Assembly (NCBI GenBank): GCA_964270895.1 | Contig: OZ185437.1 | Length of the DNA: 64,000 bases | Strand: one strand, 5' to 3' | DNA from: Podarcis filfolensis | Lineage: Eukaryota | Part shown: in pieces, positions 10,783 to 23,109 of the stretch | How the letters are laid out: the number at the start of each line of letters is the position of its first letter | How positions within the stretch are numbered: position 1 is the stretch's first letter | Translations under genes and position numbers: made by a program | The notes under the pieces: generated by a model | The model's input: the letters and a program-made list of their open reading frames with translations, nothing else | Database searches by the model: none | What the model was told of the DNA's origin: nothing

Positions 10783-13700
10783 CTGATCTGCCACCTGAGG
10801 TGACCTCCTCATCTCGCCTCATGGGCAGGCTGGCCTTGGGCTGTCTTAACTGTTTGGATAGTCTGTTGGAGCCCCCGCTTTCAAAATTTTACAAAGGAAG
10901 CTATTGAATAACATCAAATAACAGAAGCAGAAAGAGTGGCCAAAAACCAAGCATCCATTCCCTCCCCCGCAATTACTATATTATCATGTTTGATATATTG
11001 CACACTTGCAGAACTTGTGAACTATACAGCAAGTGTAACCCACAGGTCATGCATGCCTATCCACCAGGGCCTCAATGAAGCCCCTGTTTTGCTAGCTGCA
11101 AAATGCCCCCATGCATACTCACAGGTTGTCAAGCACTTGGCAGACCACAATTAATGGCTGGTAAGCTATTTTTGGATCGGGGAGTCACACACTTTGCAGG
11201 ACTGTTATAATGCTTTTCCATTGATTTAGTATATTTTCTTTGTGGAATTTAATTTTGTTAGCTATCTTGAGAATGCTAATGCAAAGGCAGGATTTTGAAA
11301 ACATGAATAAATCAGATGGCTTGCTCTGTTCCTATATAATTCTACACCATCAAACAAGCGTTCCACATTTGCGAAGGAATGAGTGATGCTATTTGCCAAA
11401 TTGATAATAGTTTACCCAAAACACCCTGAAACCATTACTGGTTCTAATGTAGAAGTGTAGGGACACTGGTCTCCTGTTTGATTTAATGACCAAACTCAGT
11501 TAATTTTTTAAATGAATAACTTTAGAAAAACCTCTAAGCAAACACTTCATAACATATAAGGAAGGCTGACACCACTCCTCATCTCAAAAAGATGGATACT
11601 GGCAGATGATGCAGAGAAGGCTAAATAACTTGGTGCTTCTTTGGCACTATTATTTACAAGATAATATTTCAAATGCAGAAATTGCATTTGAAAATTCATG
11701 ATACTGGAATGTTTCCAGGAAAATGGATAATAGTAAATATGGTGTTGTAGCAGAAATGGAGTGTGTGTGTATAACTACAACCCAGTCCATTGCTCTGACA
11801 AGAGTCAAACCTAATAAAAAGCACTTGTTGTTTATTTAAAAGTTTGTTTAAAAGACTCCTCCCATAATTTGGAGGCTGATAGTGAACGTGCTACTTTAAA
11901 CCTCCTTTCTCCATGATTCTTCTCCCCCCCCCCCATCCTCACTTTCCACTCAATGACATGCTAAATTCTGCATCTTACATATTAAATCATTTTAGGATAG
12001 TTTGATGTTGTTTGGTTTTCTGTGCTTTAGGATTCTACTTCATTCTCAACTCACAGCACATCAGAAGGGAAAAAATACTGGGACATCTGAGGAAATACTA
12101 GATCACAGGATCCTGATGCAATATGACCCATGTTTCTCAGCCAGATCCCTCTACTATTATCTACAGTAGGAAGTGAAAGCTGCCTCTCCCAGGGATCACA
12201 CAACTTGCTGATCTTTAGTACCTCCTCCCCCCCCCCCAAATAACATACTTCTATAGCATGAACCTTACAGGTGATTTCAGAGAAGAGGCCAGGCCAAAAT
12301 GGTTGCTGAATAGTGGAACAGCTTCATTGCACAAAGAACAGTCTAAACCGCAGCTTGACTCACAATGCCACCTATAGCTGAAGTAGCAGCATAATGGTTA
12401 ACTCTACATCATGGAACCCAAGCAACCTACTGGCATGAGGGAGACTACAAGAACCCTTGAGATTGGCAAGTGCACACACTCTTGACCCCCAGCAGCCAAG
12501 TTTTATGAAATTTTATTAAGAAGGAAGGTAAGAAGGCAAGTGCACAAAGCAGGTTTAAAGTGACAGGAGTGCTGTAGATCTATGTATGCTGCCCTCGAAA
12601 GTTAAAAACAGGTTCTCAGTTTACTGATGAGTAACAGAATGTTTGAGGAATGATGAACCAAGATGGCAGGGTGGTGGTGGCACAGACCACTTTTAAGGAT
12701 TCTATTCCCCATATTGGATTGACAACTGCTGTTGAGTGACCAACTGGAACCCACACCTGGCTGGGACTTGGGAAAGATGTTAGATACCATCTGGGGTAGA
12801 GGAAAGTGCTGGTGAAAATTCTCACCCAGATCTTTCCATCTCCCTGCTAATCTATAACTTGGGGACTTGGAGACATTGCAGATATTACATGTTTGGCTCG
12901 CTCAGTTTTAATGGAGGGAAGGACTTGCCTTGCTTAGGATTAACAGAGAGCAGAAGACCAGTGCTTTTTCATCCGATGATACCCATTAACTTTATAAAGG
13001 TCCATATGGCAGCAGTTTGAGCATCATACAGTTATGCTTGCCCCACTTCTCTGAGATGTGAGAAGTTCCAGGAACTCTGCTTTTACCTAGACAACTTTTC
13101 AAAGGTCACCGGAAATTGTTGATATTTCCCATATTTGGCTTTATTTTCAAATATACAGATTGAACATAGGGAAATGCACAGCTTAAATGTCCACTGCTCC
13201 CACATCAATATCCTGGGAAAGACAGCAAGCACCCCAAAATTCTGTTCAGCCTCTGACTCAAACTGCAGTCTTTCCAGGCAGACAGGCTCAGGTTATAAAA
13301 GCCCCAGCTGAGCGAACTGAAGAGAAAGGCATGTCCTCTTTCAGGAATGTCCTAACAATTAGTTCCTATGGAGATGCGTTTCCTGCAATTTGTGTAAAAA
13401 GCATACTACTAGGCCATTTTACCAGGTTTCCAGCAGTAGTTTTCTGAGTGGATCCATTAGCCCAGTCCAGTACAAACCTGCAGTACACAAGAGCCTCATT
13501 AGAACACTGTATGGACAGTGATTATAAAGCAAAGGAAGGGAGGTCAAAGAGATGGATAAATTAGCAAGAGGCAAGAGGCTCAGGTATGCAATAATTCTTT
13601 AAATGTGTGTACACAGAATATCTGAAGCTTCTTAACCTCCACACTGAATATCAAGGGAAATCAACAATTGGCAGCAACCTTTCTGCTGTTTAACCAAACT

Positions 13701-15499
13701 GAATGAAATATGCAGGCACATACAGTAGATTGAAACCTATCAAGTTTCAGACAAATAGATGCAGGGGTTTTTAATGTAAGCAAGCTTTACATTTTGAGGT
13801 GTTTTGTTTTTTTAAGGATTGCCTATAACTTTTTGAATTTTTCATCAGAAGAAATTTGGAGTGGGGGTGGAAGAAGGGGTTAGATATTTGTTCCTGCTCA
13901 GTTGATGCTAGCCAACCATTTCCTTCTACACTGCATTACTGAAAGCAGAGGGGGAAAGGAGTGTCCAGGTAAAATGATCCCTTGGTTGGAAGCAGAGCTG
14001 TCAACCATAAAATTATACCTTTCTCCCTCCTACTCTCTGGTGCTTTCCTTACATAGAGAGCTTGCAGGAAAATCTATCAATTTTCATACATTTGCTGCCT
14101 GTGTCTCCGTGCCCTTCCAAATCTCTGAATTGGTCTCAAATGGGTTTCTGAACAGCCCAATTTGGCTTGGATGACTCCTGAATCTTTCTGAGGCAGCTTG
14201 CTTCAGTTCTTGGATTCACCTAGACTGAATACACACCTCTGGCACATATCACACGCAGAGACCATTGAAAAGAGGCATTATACTATTGGCTCATGTTCAG
14301 GTAATTCCTATATCCTCTTTCACCTTCTGCTTCTGTGCCAGCATTTAGCCATTTAGTGATGGCATTTATGCCATGCTCTGCAAAGATCAGCTGCAGAGCA
14401 GAGCGGATGAGCTGCTCCCTGCAGTCTATGTCCATATGTTCTTCTTGTCTCCTCAATCTCCCCCCACGTTTTTGCATTTGACCCCTTCTTGTTGTAACAC
14501 TGTAGAATCTAAGAGGAGCTATGGTAGGCCAGTCCAGATGTTCATCTGGCCTAGTAAGTTGTTTTATATTGTTTTTAGTATTGTGTTAATGTGTAACACA
14601 TCCTGGGACCTGAGGGAGAGGAGTAGCAATCAATCATCATCATCATAGTATTCAGTTTCCAGCTGAATACTGGTAGGGTAAGAAAACAGCAATGCTACCC
14701 ACATTCATGTCCAAGCATATGGTATTTTGAAATATACCTTCTACTGTATTCAAATGTGTTCTGTCTTTATTTTGTTGTTGTTAGCCAATATATCAATTTT
14801 ATTTTTTTGTACCATTTCAATTCAGATTTGTTTTAAAAATCTGTGCTCCAAAGCACTTTGCAGTGCCACTCAATTCTGTCTCATTGCTGTTGTGTGTCTT
14901 ACCTAGTCCTTAATTAGGATGAGGCAGAACACCAGAACCTGAGTGGAGCAGAGAGTTCAAGAAGTGCCACAGAGAAAACAAAGCAGATACTTTCCTCCCA
15001 GATATCATTCACTCTGTGCATCATAGGTGGTTCTTTTCAGCCAATTAGAGCAGCGAGAAACCAGTGTGGATTACAGCTTCCTATATGTATGAGCTGTAGG
15101 CATTCAGTGTTCAGAATTACACTTGGTTGAAAAAGTATGGCTTAGGTAGCTGCTGACAGTCCGGTATCTGTTGTTGGCACCTGCTTGCCTAATTTCCATA
15201 TAGTTACACCCCCCCCTTGGGCCTTGCACGTCAAAATACGTTTCGATAGGCTTAAACGTAAATTTACTTGATGGCACTATTTGTTAGTTTTAACAAATCC
15301 CCTGAGATGTCCTGTGCATTTCTGCAAAGCTCTGCATCGCAAACTTCTTCCTGATCCCAGCGTAAGGCTGTTTCTATTTTCAGAAGGTCTCCTTCCTGAG
15401 TCTGTTTGGCTGGCTAGAAGCAAGTGCTCAGAACAGAGCATCCTTTCTGTATCCCGAACTCCTTTCTTCCTTCCCAGCTAGGCAAGAAAACAAATACTG

Positions 15500-16900
15500 A
15501 GAGCAGCACGTGCGCAAGCGTCGGGTGCTGCTGCTGGATCTGCCTTTACGCTCGGCTGCCCAGCTCGGACGTGCGCCCCCCGCCGTGTTTGGATGATACC
15601 TTTATTTGCAAAGGCGAAGAGGCAGATCCAGCCTACCCACCCCCACCCCCCTCTCCGATCTGAAACGGACGTGTCTTTGGCCATCCGCTTTCCTCGCCTC
15701 CTCATTGTTGCACGCGCGTTACGTTGTTGCCAACAAAGGCGATGTGGCAAAACCACACACAAGGGGGACAAATCATCATAGCAGCGAGGAAGGAAAAGCC
15801 CGTCTTGAGATGTGTCACACATCCATGAGGGGATGCTTCTGCCTGGCTTTTGCATAACCCTGATTTGCCTGCCTCTTTTTCTCCTCCTTTTCTGAAGGAG
15901 GCAGCGCTGGAGAACCGGGGGGGGGGGGGCGGGCGCCGAGCGGGAGGGGAAGAAGACCGAGAGCCAAGAGCGAGCGAGGGGGCGGCGGGGGGCTCTCGCT
16001 GCCCTTCTCCCACAGTACGACCTTCCCCGCGGAAGGAGCTGCTGTGGGTGCGCGGCGCCAAGAGGGGGCCGCGAGAAACCGAGGGGGTGGCGGTCCCTCA
16101 CAAAAGGAGACCCCTCTGCCTGCGCGCTCCGTCAGCCTCGGCTCTCCTTCTCGCCCACCCCAACCCGGCCGAGCGGCTCCGACTTCCTCGGCGAGCGGGT
16201 CGAAACCGCGAGGCTTCGCTGCAGGGGGGGTGGGGTAGGTGGGAGGCGAAGCGGGAAGACCGCGGCGACACCAGCCGGCGTCTTCCACAGCAGCAGCAGC
16301 AGCAGCGACCCCGCGCGCGCCTCACATCGCCACCAGCAGCCCAGCCACCTTCTCTTCCCCCCCCCTCGCTCGGTCGCGCGCCCGCCGGTCGCGCGCGTGC
16401 GCGAGCCCCAGGCTGAGTCCTTTCTCTCTCCGTGTCTCCCTCTCCTGCTTCTCTCTCTTTCTCCGAGCCTCCTCCATCCAGCACCGGCGCCGAGGATGGG
16501 CAGCGAGAGCGCGCGCAGGAGCAGCCCCGGCTCGGCCGCTCCCCCCTGCGCCCGCTCTTGCTCGTGCTGCTCCTCTTGCCCCGCTGCCCCCAGGGCGGCG
16601 CCTCGGCTGCGCTCCCGCCTTTTCCCACCGAGGACGGGTGAGTGAAGGAGTGGCTCCTCCCTCGGAGCACCTGCTCTAGCCGGCGAAGGGGGTGGCGGCG
16701 GGGGGCGGGCGAGGGGTGAATTTTGGCGCGCTCTCGGTCTTCGGGGCAAGTGGTGGGCGGCTGCCTGAGGGGGACAAGTCAGTCAGTCAGCGGCATTCGT
16801 GCCCCGCAGGGAAACGGAGCAGGCTCGCTTTTGGGCAGCCCCTCATAGCTGAGGAGACCGTCTGAGGGAAGGAGAGCGAGAAAGGGAGCCTGTTCTTGGG
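15500..16900 (+). promoter_or_regulatory. FUT9: CpG island, probable TATA-less FUT9 promoter
   Basis: Abrupt GC- and CpG-rich block in an otherwise AT-rich, CpG-depleted window. Contains GC boxes GGGGCGGGC (15926-15934, 16702-16710), an NRF1-like GCGCGTGCGC (16393-16402), an E-box CACGTG (15507-15512) and G-tracts. It is the only such island upstream of the FUT9 CDS. Assignment to FUT9 is inference. Confidence 0.8.
16260..16637 (+). other. FUT9: Candidate FUT9 exon 1; 5' boundary (TSS) uncertain, 3' boundary at a consensus donor
   Basis: Donor ACGG|GTGAGT with GT at 16638-16639, near the 3' edge of the CpG island and preceded by a pyrimidine-rich leader. The TSS cannot be fixed from sequence alone. 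Confidence 0.65.
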
Positions 16901-19900
16901 ACGAGGATAGAAACAACAGCTTCCCAATCTCGGGTCCAGCGCCCCAGAACCCTCCAGCGTGGTTTCTGAATAGCACGTGTCCCTCTTGGCCTCTGGGATC
17001 ACTGGGCACCTTCTTCCTCTCGCTCATCCTTTTTTTACCCATTTTGAGTCCTCAGCCCAGCCGAAGAGACCTTTCTCTGAGAGCTGCTCCTTTCCGAGCA
17101 GCTATTAACTTTTCCTGATTTTTTTGGTGGTTGTTTCGAAAGAGAGAAGTGGGTGAAGAGGAGCTGTGGAGGTTTTCCCCCTCGACAGTCCCTTCATGCC
17201 CTTGCAGGCTTCTCTCCTTTCCCTCCTCCTCCTGCTCCTTGCCGTACAATGAAGTCTTTAAAAGAGATTCCTGCTTGCCCGCTAGCTGGCTGGGCTCGCG
17301 CCAGGACTTCTCCACGGGAGCGCTGGACCATTCCTCGCGACTGAGCAAAGAATGCCATCTATGCAGAAGAAGAGGGCACCCTGCACACCTGGCTCCCCAG
17401 GGCTGCGGTGATGTGATTGGGGGCCATAGGTAAGCCGTTAGGATGTTCTCAGGGCGAAGGCAGGAAGGAGACGCCAAGAATGAATGGCCAAAGCACCCCA
17501 CCCCTCTTCTTAGGTCTCCTTCCAGATGGGAGAATGGGGATGTTGCATTACTGAAATGCCTTTTTCCTCTTCCCCCTCCCTTTATATCGCTGTAGGCTGT
17601 GTAGTATTTTCAGACTATTTTCAGTATTTCAGTAGTGCTCTGTGGAAGGGTTGTTATGACAGCAGTTTCTCTCTCCACTCACCCCCCCAACACCCCATCA
17701 TTACTTTATAGACAGCATCGCTGGCTACATTAGAAACATAGGTTTTTGAGCCTGTTGCTGAAGTAACTCTGCAATCTTGTAATCTTGGAAATATGAGCAT
17801 ACACACACACATACACCTGAGTCAGTGTTTATTGTAATAATGGTTCTGCTGAACTGAAGAAATTGGAGCATGTAGTAGTAATCCTACCATAATTCCTATT
17901 TGGGTTTTCGGTTTTCAGTGCATGTGTGTCTGTCAAATATGACAAAGGGACTTTTCTTCATTTATACTGCAGCAGCATAGATTTTGGATTATAGGACAGA
18001 AATGCTTTAAAAAAACACACACACCACATTCACACACAGTAAGTTGCACAGGCACAGTGAAATGTCTTTTTGAATACTGGTATCTACCTAGAAACCAAGG
18101 TTGTAGCACTTGATTTGTGAACCTGTACTTGATTTGTGAGCATTGACAGTAACTTTTGAGAGCTCCTGATAGCTGAAAACTAGGTAGTAATAGTTGAAAC
18201 CTTGTTGGTAGTTCAAAACTATCAGTTCCATGGGTTTTTATGGCAATGAGTCAGTCTGTCATTACTAGTAATGGTTATGTCATGGAGGGTTTGCTTTTCT
18301 ATCACCATATTAAGCTGTAGCTCAAAAGCTATTGCTCTGATTTCTCTTCCCCAAAAAATTATTTTCAGAAAAAATATAGCATTTGTATATATATGCATAC
18401 AATGGTGTCACATGTGAAAAAAGAGAGAAGTGGTTCCTTGTTCTCTTTTTTCACACGCGACACCATTGTATGCATATATATACAAATGCTACATTTGTGG
18501 TTCCTTGTTTCATCTTAACCTTCACCTTCCCCCGCCCTTTTAAGGTAAGCATTATTTCATTAGCCACATGTGAAGGGTTGTAACTTAAACATAGAATTCT
18601 ACCTCCCCCTCGTTTTAAAGGCTTTTGCATTCGTAACACTTCAGCCTAGACCTATGAGAAGTTTACCTCCATATATTTAGAAACCTTTGTTCTATGGAGA
18701 ATAGGAAAGGACTACAGTACAATAAAATAACTAGAGGAAGAAATAAAATGGAAAATGCAACACAGTGCCTTTGTTTGCAAAAATAAAATAAAATAAGTGT
18801 CTAATATGTTCACCATAATATAGGGAATGAAAAATTAAGTAGAATAATTGCTATGTACTAGTAATAAAGGGAATAAAATAAGAAATAATTGCATCTATAG
18901 ACAAAGAAGAATTCTGCAGACTTGCCTTAGTACAAACACTGGTTAGATAAAGTAATTTATTAAGAAATTGGAATTAATTGGAACATTTGTTATTGGATTG
19001 TACATTACATTAAAGCAAATATCAGCTGGATCTTTTATCCCTTAAACTGAACCAACATCATGAACAGGCACCATGATCCATGTAGCAGCAGTTGCTTCAG
19101 ATACCTTACAGTTTGACATAAGCCTGTTGCTGCTGGTTCAATAAAACTCTGATGACGGTGCTTAGTTAGGAAAACTCCAGGCACTGAACCCAATCTAGAG
19201 ATCCTCTGTGTGTGACAGGTGGCTGCATGCCTGCATGCTGTTGTGCACGAGGGCTCTCCATTTGCACCCACCATACAGATAGTTAGCTCCATTGGAGTGA
19301 GACTAAGGCAGGACTAGGGGAAACAATTTTAATTCATTGATCCCACTTCTTCAAGCAAATGCCAGCCAACCTACTGTTAAGAGATTAACATACACAGGCT
19401 TAATTCTGCAAAGATCACTGATATGACGGAACAGCCTTGCATGCTGAATAGAAAGGTTTAGCCGCCATCCACAAGAACATTTTAGGTACATGAGATGCAC
19501 TCATTATGGTGACCTGCACCCAGATTGGTTTTGCCAATCAGCATGAAATTCTAGTATCCCATCTACACCTGGGGAATATCTGCACCAGAATAATCACTGA
19601 CGGGGTGAAGGTGAATTTTAGCTTAGACTGAGCTTAGGATAATACTTCAACACAGGTATATGGAAGATACTTGGGGCTTATTGACTTTTAAGAAGGATTG
19701 GGCTGGCAATTCGTACTTCTGTGTGTGTTTTTTATTTATATACCTTGGACTCTGATTTATTAAAACAAAATATCAAAGTTCAACAGTATATGCTTATCTC
19801 GCTTTGTCTTTGTAACAGCTCTGTCAAGGTAAAAAGTTAAGTCGTCCAAGGCCAATGGCTGAGCATTATAGCTGAGTGGATGGCTGAAGTAGTGGGGGGG

Positions 19901-21215
19901 GGGCGTGTTCAATCATCTCACTGGTTTATAAATGTGTATGACTAAATTGGTTAATTTTACCTGCAAGGGTGGGTGGGGAGGAAGAAATATGCTGGATAAA
20001 AGAGATTTCCACTACTAATGCTCTTAAATGATAGTTTCATATATCTGAAATATATGAATTATATTATTTCATGAAATAATATTTTAAGTATAGTGGGTTA
20101 TATAGCAAAATGTATATTTAAAATAATACTATGAGAATTTACTGTGTTTTAAAAAACTAGAATGCAGCTGAGTCCAAATGTTGATTTGGGTGTGCGTTTT
20201 GGAAAATGCTACTGAATTCTAAACTGTGATTCTGTGTTAATCATATGCAATCGGTTGGAACAACTGAAGAAGATATTATATTGGAAACATTATTGAAAAC
20301 ATAAAAATGGTGTGATACAGGTAAAGATATAAACTTCAGTAATGAAATAGAGAACAGTGGCTGAAATTCTTCACTGAAAAAGAGGCAATGGAAAGAAAAA
20401 GTCCTTTCGAGGTTCCAAGGGCATGGAAAGTATTAATGTGATAACCAGAACAGACAACAATAAAGAATATAATGAAAATAACAATAACAATACTGTAATA
20501 CTATATAATATTTAGAACTTTCAGGTGTTTAAGGCTCTTCTCAGGTTTCCTTTCAGCAACCCTTATCTCTAGAATGACTGCATTCTAGATACAATAATAC
20601 AAATTCTTGTTAAAGATTACATGAATTTTCACAAATTATTTGGCTGTGGGTTTTTTCCCCCCTCTCTGTGTTTTTTCTCACTGTACCCAGAGAGGATAAC
20701 AAGAAAGTTTTCTTTAAAACATGCATATATATTTTTTCTACTTAAATCATAAACCTTAAACATTTATATCACATTAAGCATTTCTTTCAAAATAACCAAT
20801 TTCAAATGACTTGGGATTTAATAGAATGGGTGGCAGCCAACGTTGTGCCTAATACAATTGGATTTTCCCTTCCTCTCTTGCTCTCTGTAGCCCCCCCTGC
20901 ACACTCCCCAAATCTACTTGGTAGTGTTTGTGGGACACCCTGAAACACATATGGGGGACACATGAGGGATTACAGGGAGGGGAAAGTGTAGGAGAAGTCA
21001 TGTTGCACAAACAGAAATTAATAACACAATCAGGTGGACATCACTTACTTATAATGGAGCTGGTTTGGGGTTTTGTGGCCAATGATCTCCCTCTATATGC
21101 AAAGTGCATATATCCCCTGTTTGAGAGGCATTGATTCAACCTGTTAAATAAGGGAGACTTTGTAAGATAGGACACTGAATCCCCCATGTTTCAGGACAGA
21201 ATTTATGGGATATGG

Positions 21216-21448
21216 CAGTGGTGTCCAAACTTTTTTCAAAGAGGGCCAGATTTGATGAAGTGAAGGTAGGATTTTTTAGGATTGAAGTTGTTGGACTTCT
21301 TGTAGGGTTGGAGTTGTTGAGCTTCTTTTAGCAGAAGTTGCTGAAGTTTTTTTAGGATTTTACCCCAGGAAATAAGCTACCACAGAGGCCGGATTAAACC
21401 GACCGGCAGGCCAGATTAGGCCCCCAAAACGGACTTTGGACATACCTG
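21216..21448. mobile_element. hAT-type MITE, 233 bp
   Basis: Imperfect TIRs CAGTGGTGTCCAAAC and CTTTGGACATACCTG, a perfect 8-bp TSD GGATATGG (21208-21215, 21449-21456), and internal short TAGGATT/GAAGTTG repeats. Confidence 0.88.
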
Positions 21449-21619
21449 GGATATGGAGACCCTCCATGGTCATGTGTTAAGAGTGCTTGGGAGTTCCATC
21501 TGTTTTCTTTGGGTGCTTAAGGAAGAAATGCAGATATAATGCTCTGGGGCATGGTCTCCCCCTCCCTGCTCAGTCCATTATCCCAAGCTTACAAATGTAC
21601 CCTACATTTTCCATAAAGG

Positions 21620-22049
21620 TTACACCCTTCCTTTCCCCCTAAATATAAAACTGCAGAACAGTTGAGAAATCCTAAAACACTTGACAACACTTTTACAACT
21701 GTACAATAAAAACTGCAACTAAAATAATAAAACTAAACAAATAAAGCAATGGAATAAAACTGGAAAATTCACCTATGATTCAGAAGAACAGATTCCTTCA
21801 TGTAACATAATCCTGCAAATAGCTTGGAGCATGATGTCTGGTCCTTGCTTGGTAGCATTGTCCATGGAGTGCTGGATTTGATGCAGCAGGAGTGGTGAGC
21901 AGGATGACATTGTCCCTCTCTATGAAGTTATCATCTTCGGGTCTTTCAGTGGTACTGGAACGTGGTTTAATGTAAGATACATTTCTTGTGACTTTGCAGA
22001 TCCTGTCTGTGCAGTGTCCGTTGTGTTCATGTAGAGTAGTTTCTGTCAC
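21620..22049 (-). mobile_element. Relic of a Gypsy-type LTR retrotransposon: integrase C-terminus, PPT and start of the 3' LTR
   Basis: The minus-strand peptide ...KVTRNVSYIK...EDD...ARTRHHAPSYLQDYVT* (stop at 21798-21800) resembles Gypsy pol C-termini (VTRNxSHFK...RRxxRxRRPPxYLxDYV). Downstream is a polypurine tract AGGGGGAAAGGAAGGG (21625-21640) followed immediately by TGTAA (21624 leftwards). The far end of the LTR was not identified. Confidence 0.55.
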
Positions 22050-22052
22050 TAA

Positions 22053-22318
22053 TGGAATTGGGCAGGCCCCTTCAGTGTACTCCTTTCGACACTTGCTAAA
22101 AATGTTTTTGTTTTGGCAAGCCTATACAAACATGTAGATTGTGGGCATGTGTTTCAATCTGGTTTTTGGTTTATTGCTGATTTTAATTGTTTTTGAGTGT
22201 TTTACATAGTTGGATTTTTTTGCTGCTAATTCTGTTATTTTATTCTATTTGTAAACTGTTTTGGGGTTTTACTACAATCACTTTGTATATAAAACTTGCT
22301 AAATAAATAAATAAATCC
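22053..22318 (+). mobile_element. L2-type LINE 3' fragment
   Basis: Peptide GIGQAPSVYSFRHLLKMFLFWQAY matches L2 ORF2 C-termini (xIRQAPSLxxFRxxLKTFLFxQA). It is followed by a T-rich 3' UTR, a TGTAAACTG...GTATATAAA motif and a (TAAA)n tail at ~22299-22316. Confidence 0.7.
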
Positions 22319-23109
22319 ATAGCCAAGACCCACTTCCCAGGGTTCTAGGCATGGTGTAGCCCTGTGCTATCATAAATGAGCTGTTTTGCTTTGCTGGACT
22401 TATATACTCCTGGTATTTTGTCAGGATTATTTGATTAGTTATTTGGAATCCTCTTTTCTCATGTAAACAAGAACGCAAAGTGTTAAGAGCTGATGATGGA
22501 GACATTCACATTGGTGTCACATTGGTTTCAGTGGGAGTGTTTTAATTTAGCCCAAATTTGCTGTTGGTTTGTCACATTACATTGTAATTGAGGAGAGTAT
22601 AAGATCAAAAAGGTTTGGCATCTCCCTTGCCACTACTCCCCAACTCCAACCATTTTTGTTTCTTATTCTGGCAATGTACTATAAGCAATTACAGTGGCAT
22701 TTCATAAAGCCTGCACAATGACAATGTTATGACAGTATTAATCGACTACATAATGCACAGACATAAGGGATCTAGTAGCAATATTATCCATGTCCATTAG
22801 GAATTACTCATGAATACTATTGTCCTTGACTTATGCTTGATGATTTAATAACTCCGTCCTGCAACACCTTCATTCTAAACAAACTTTTTTGAAAGTAAGT
22901 TGCCCTGAAATCACTGGGGATTATTTCAGCCGATTGTTAAATAAATGGATAATCTTACTACAGTGAGTAAATGAAGACACCATTGCAGCATTTTAAAATT
23001 ATTATTATTGCATAGGCTAAGTAAGATGATGAAGCACATCATTAATTTCATGAATCTGAAGAGGTCTTGGTGAAAATCACAAATTTGGTATGTACTCTTA
23101 CCAAGGTCA

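Noticed and set aside
14897-14906. Strong minus-strand donor (CTAG|GTAAGA) suggesting an upstream antisense lncRNA from the CpG island
   Set aside because: An isolated donor motif is expected every few kb, and there is no matching exon evidence in the sequence alone.
15478-16749. Many long overlapping ORFs (119-207 aa) on both strands in the CpG island
   Set aside because: Stop-codon scarcity in very GC-rich DNA explains them. The translations are low-complexity P/R/G/A with non-ATG starts and no recognisable domains.
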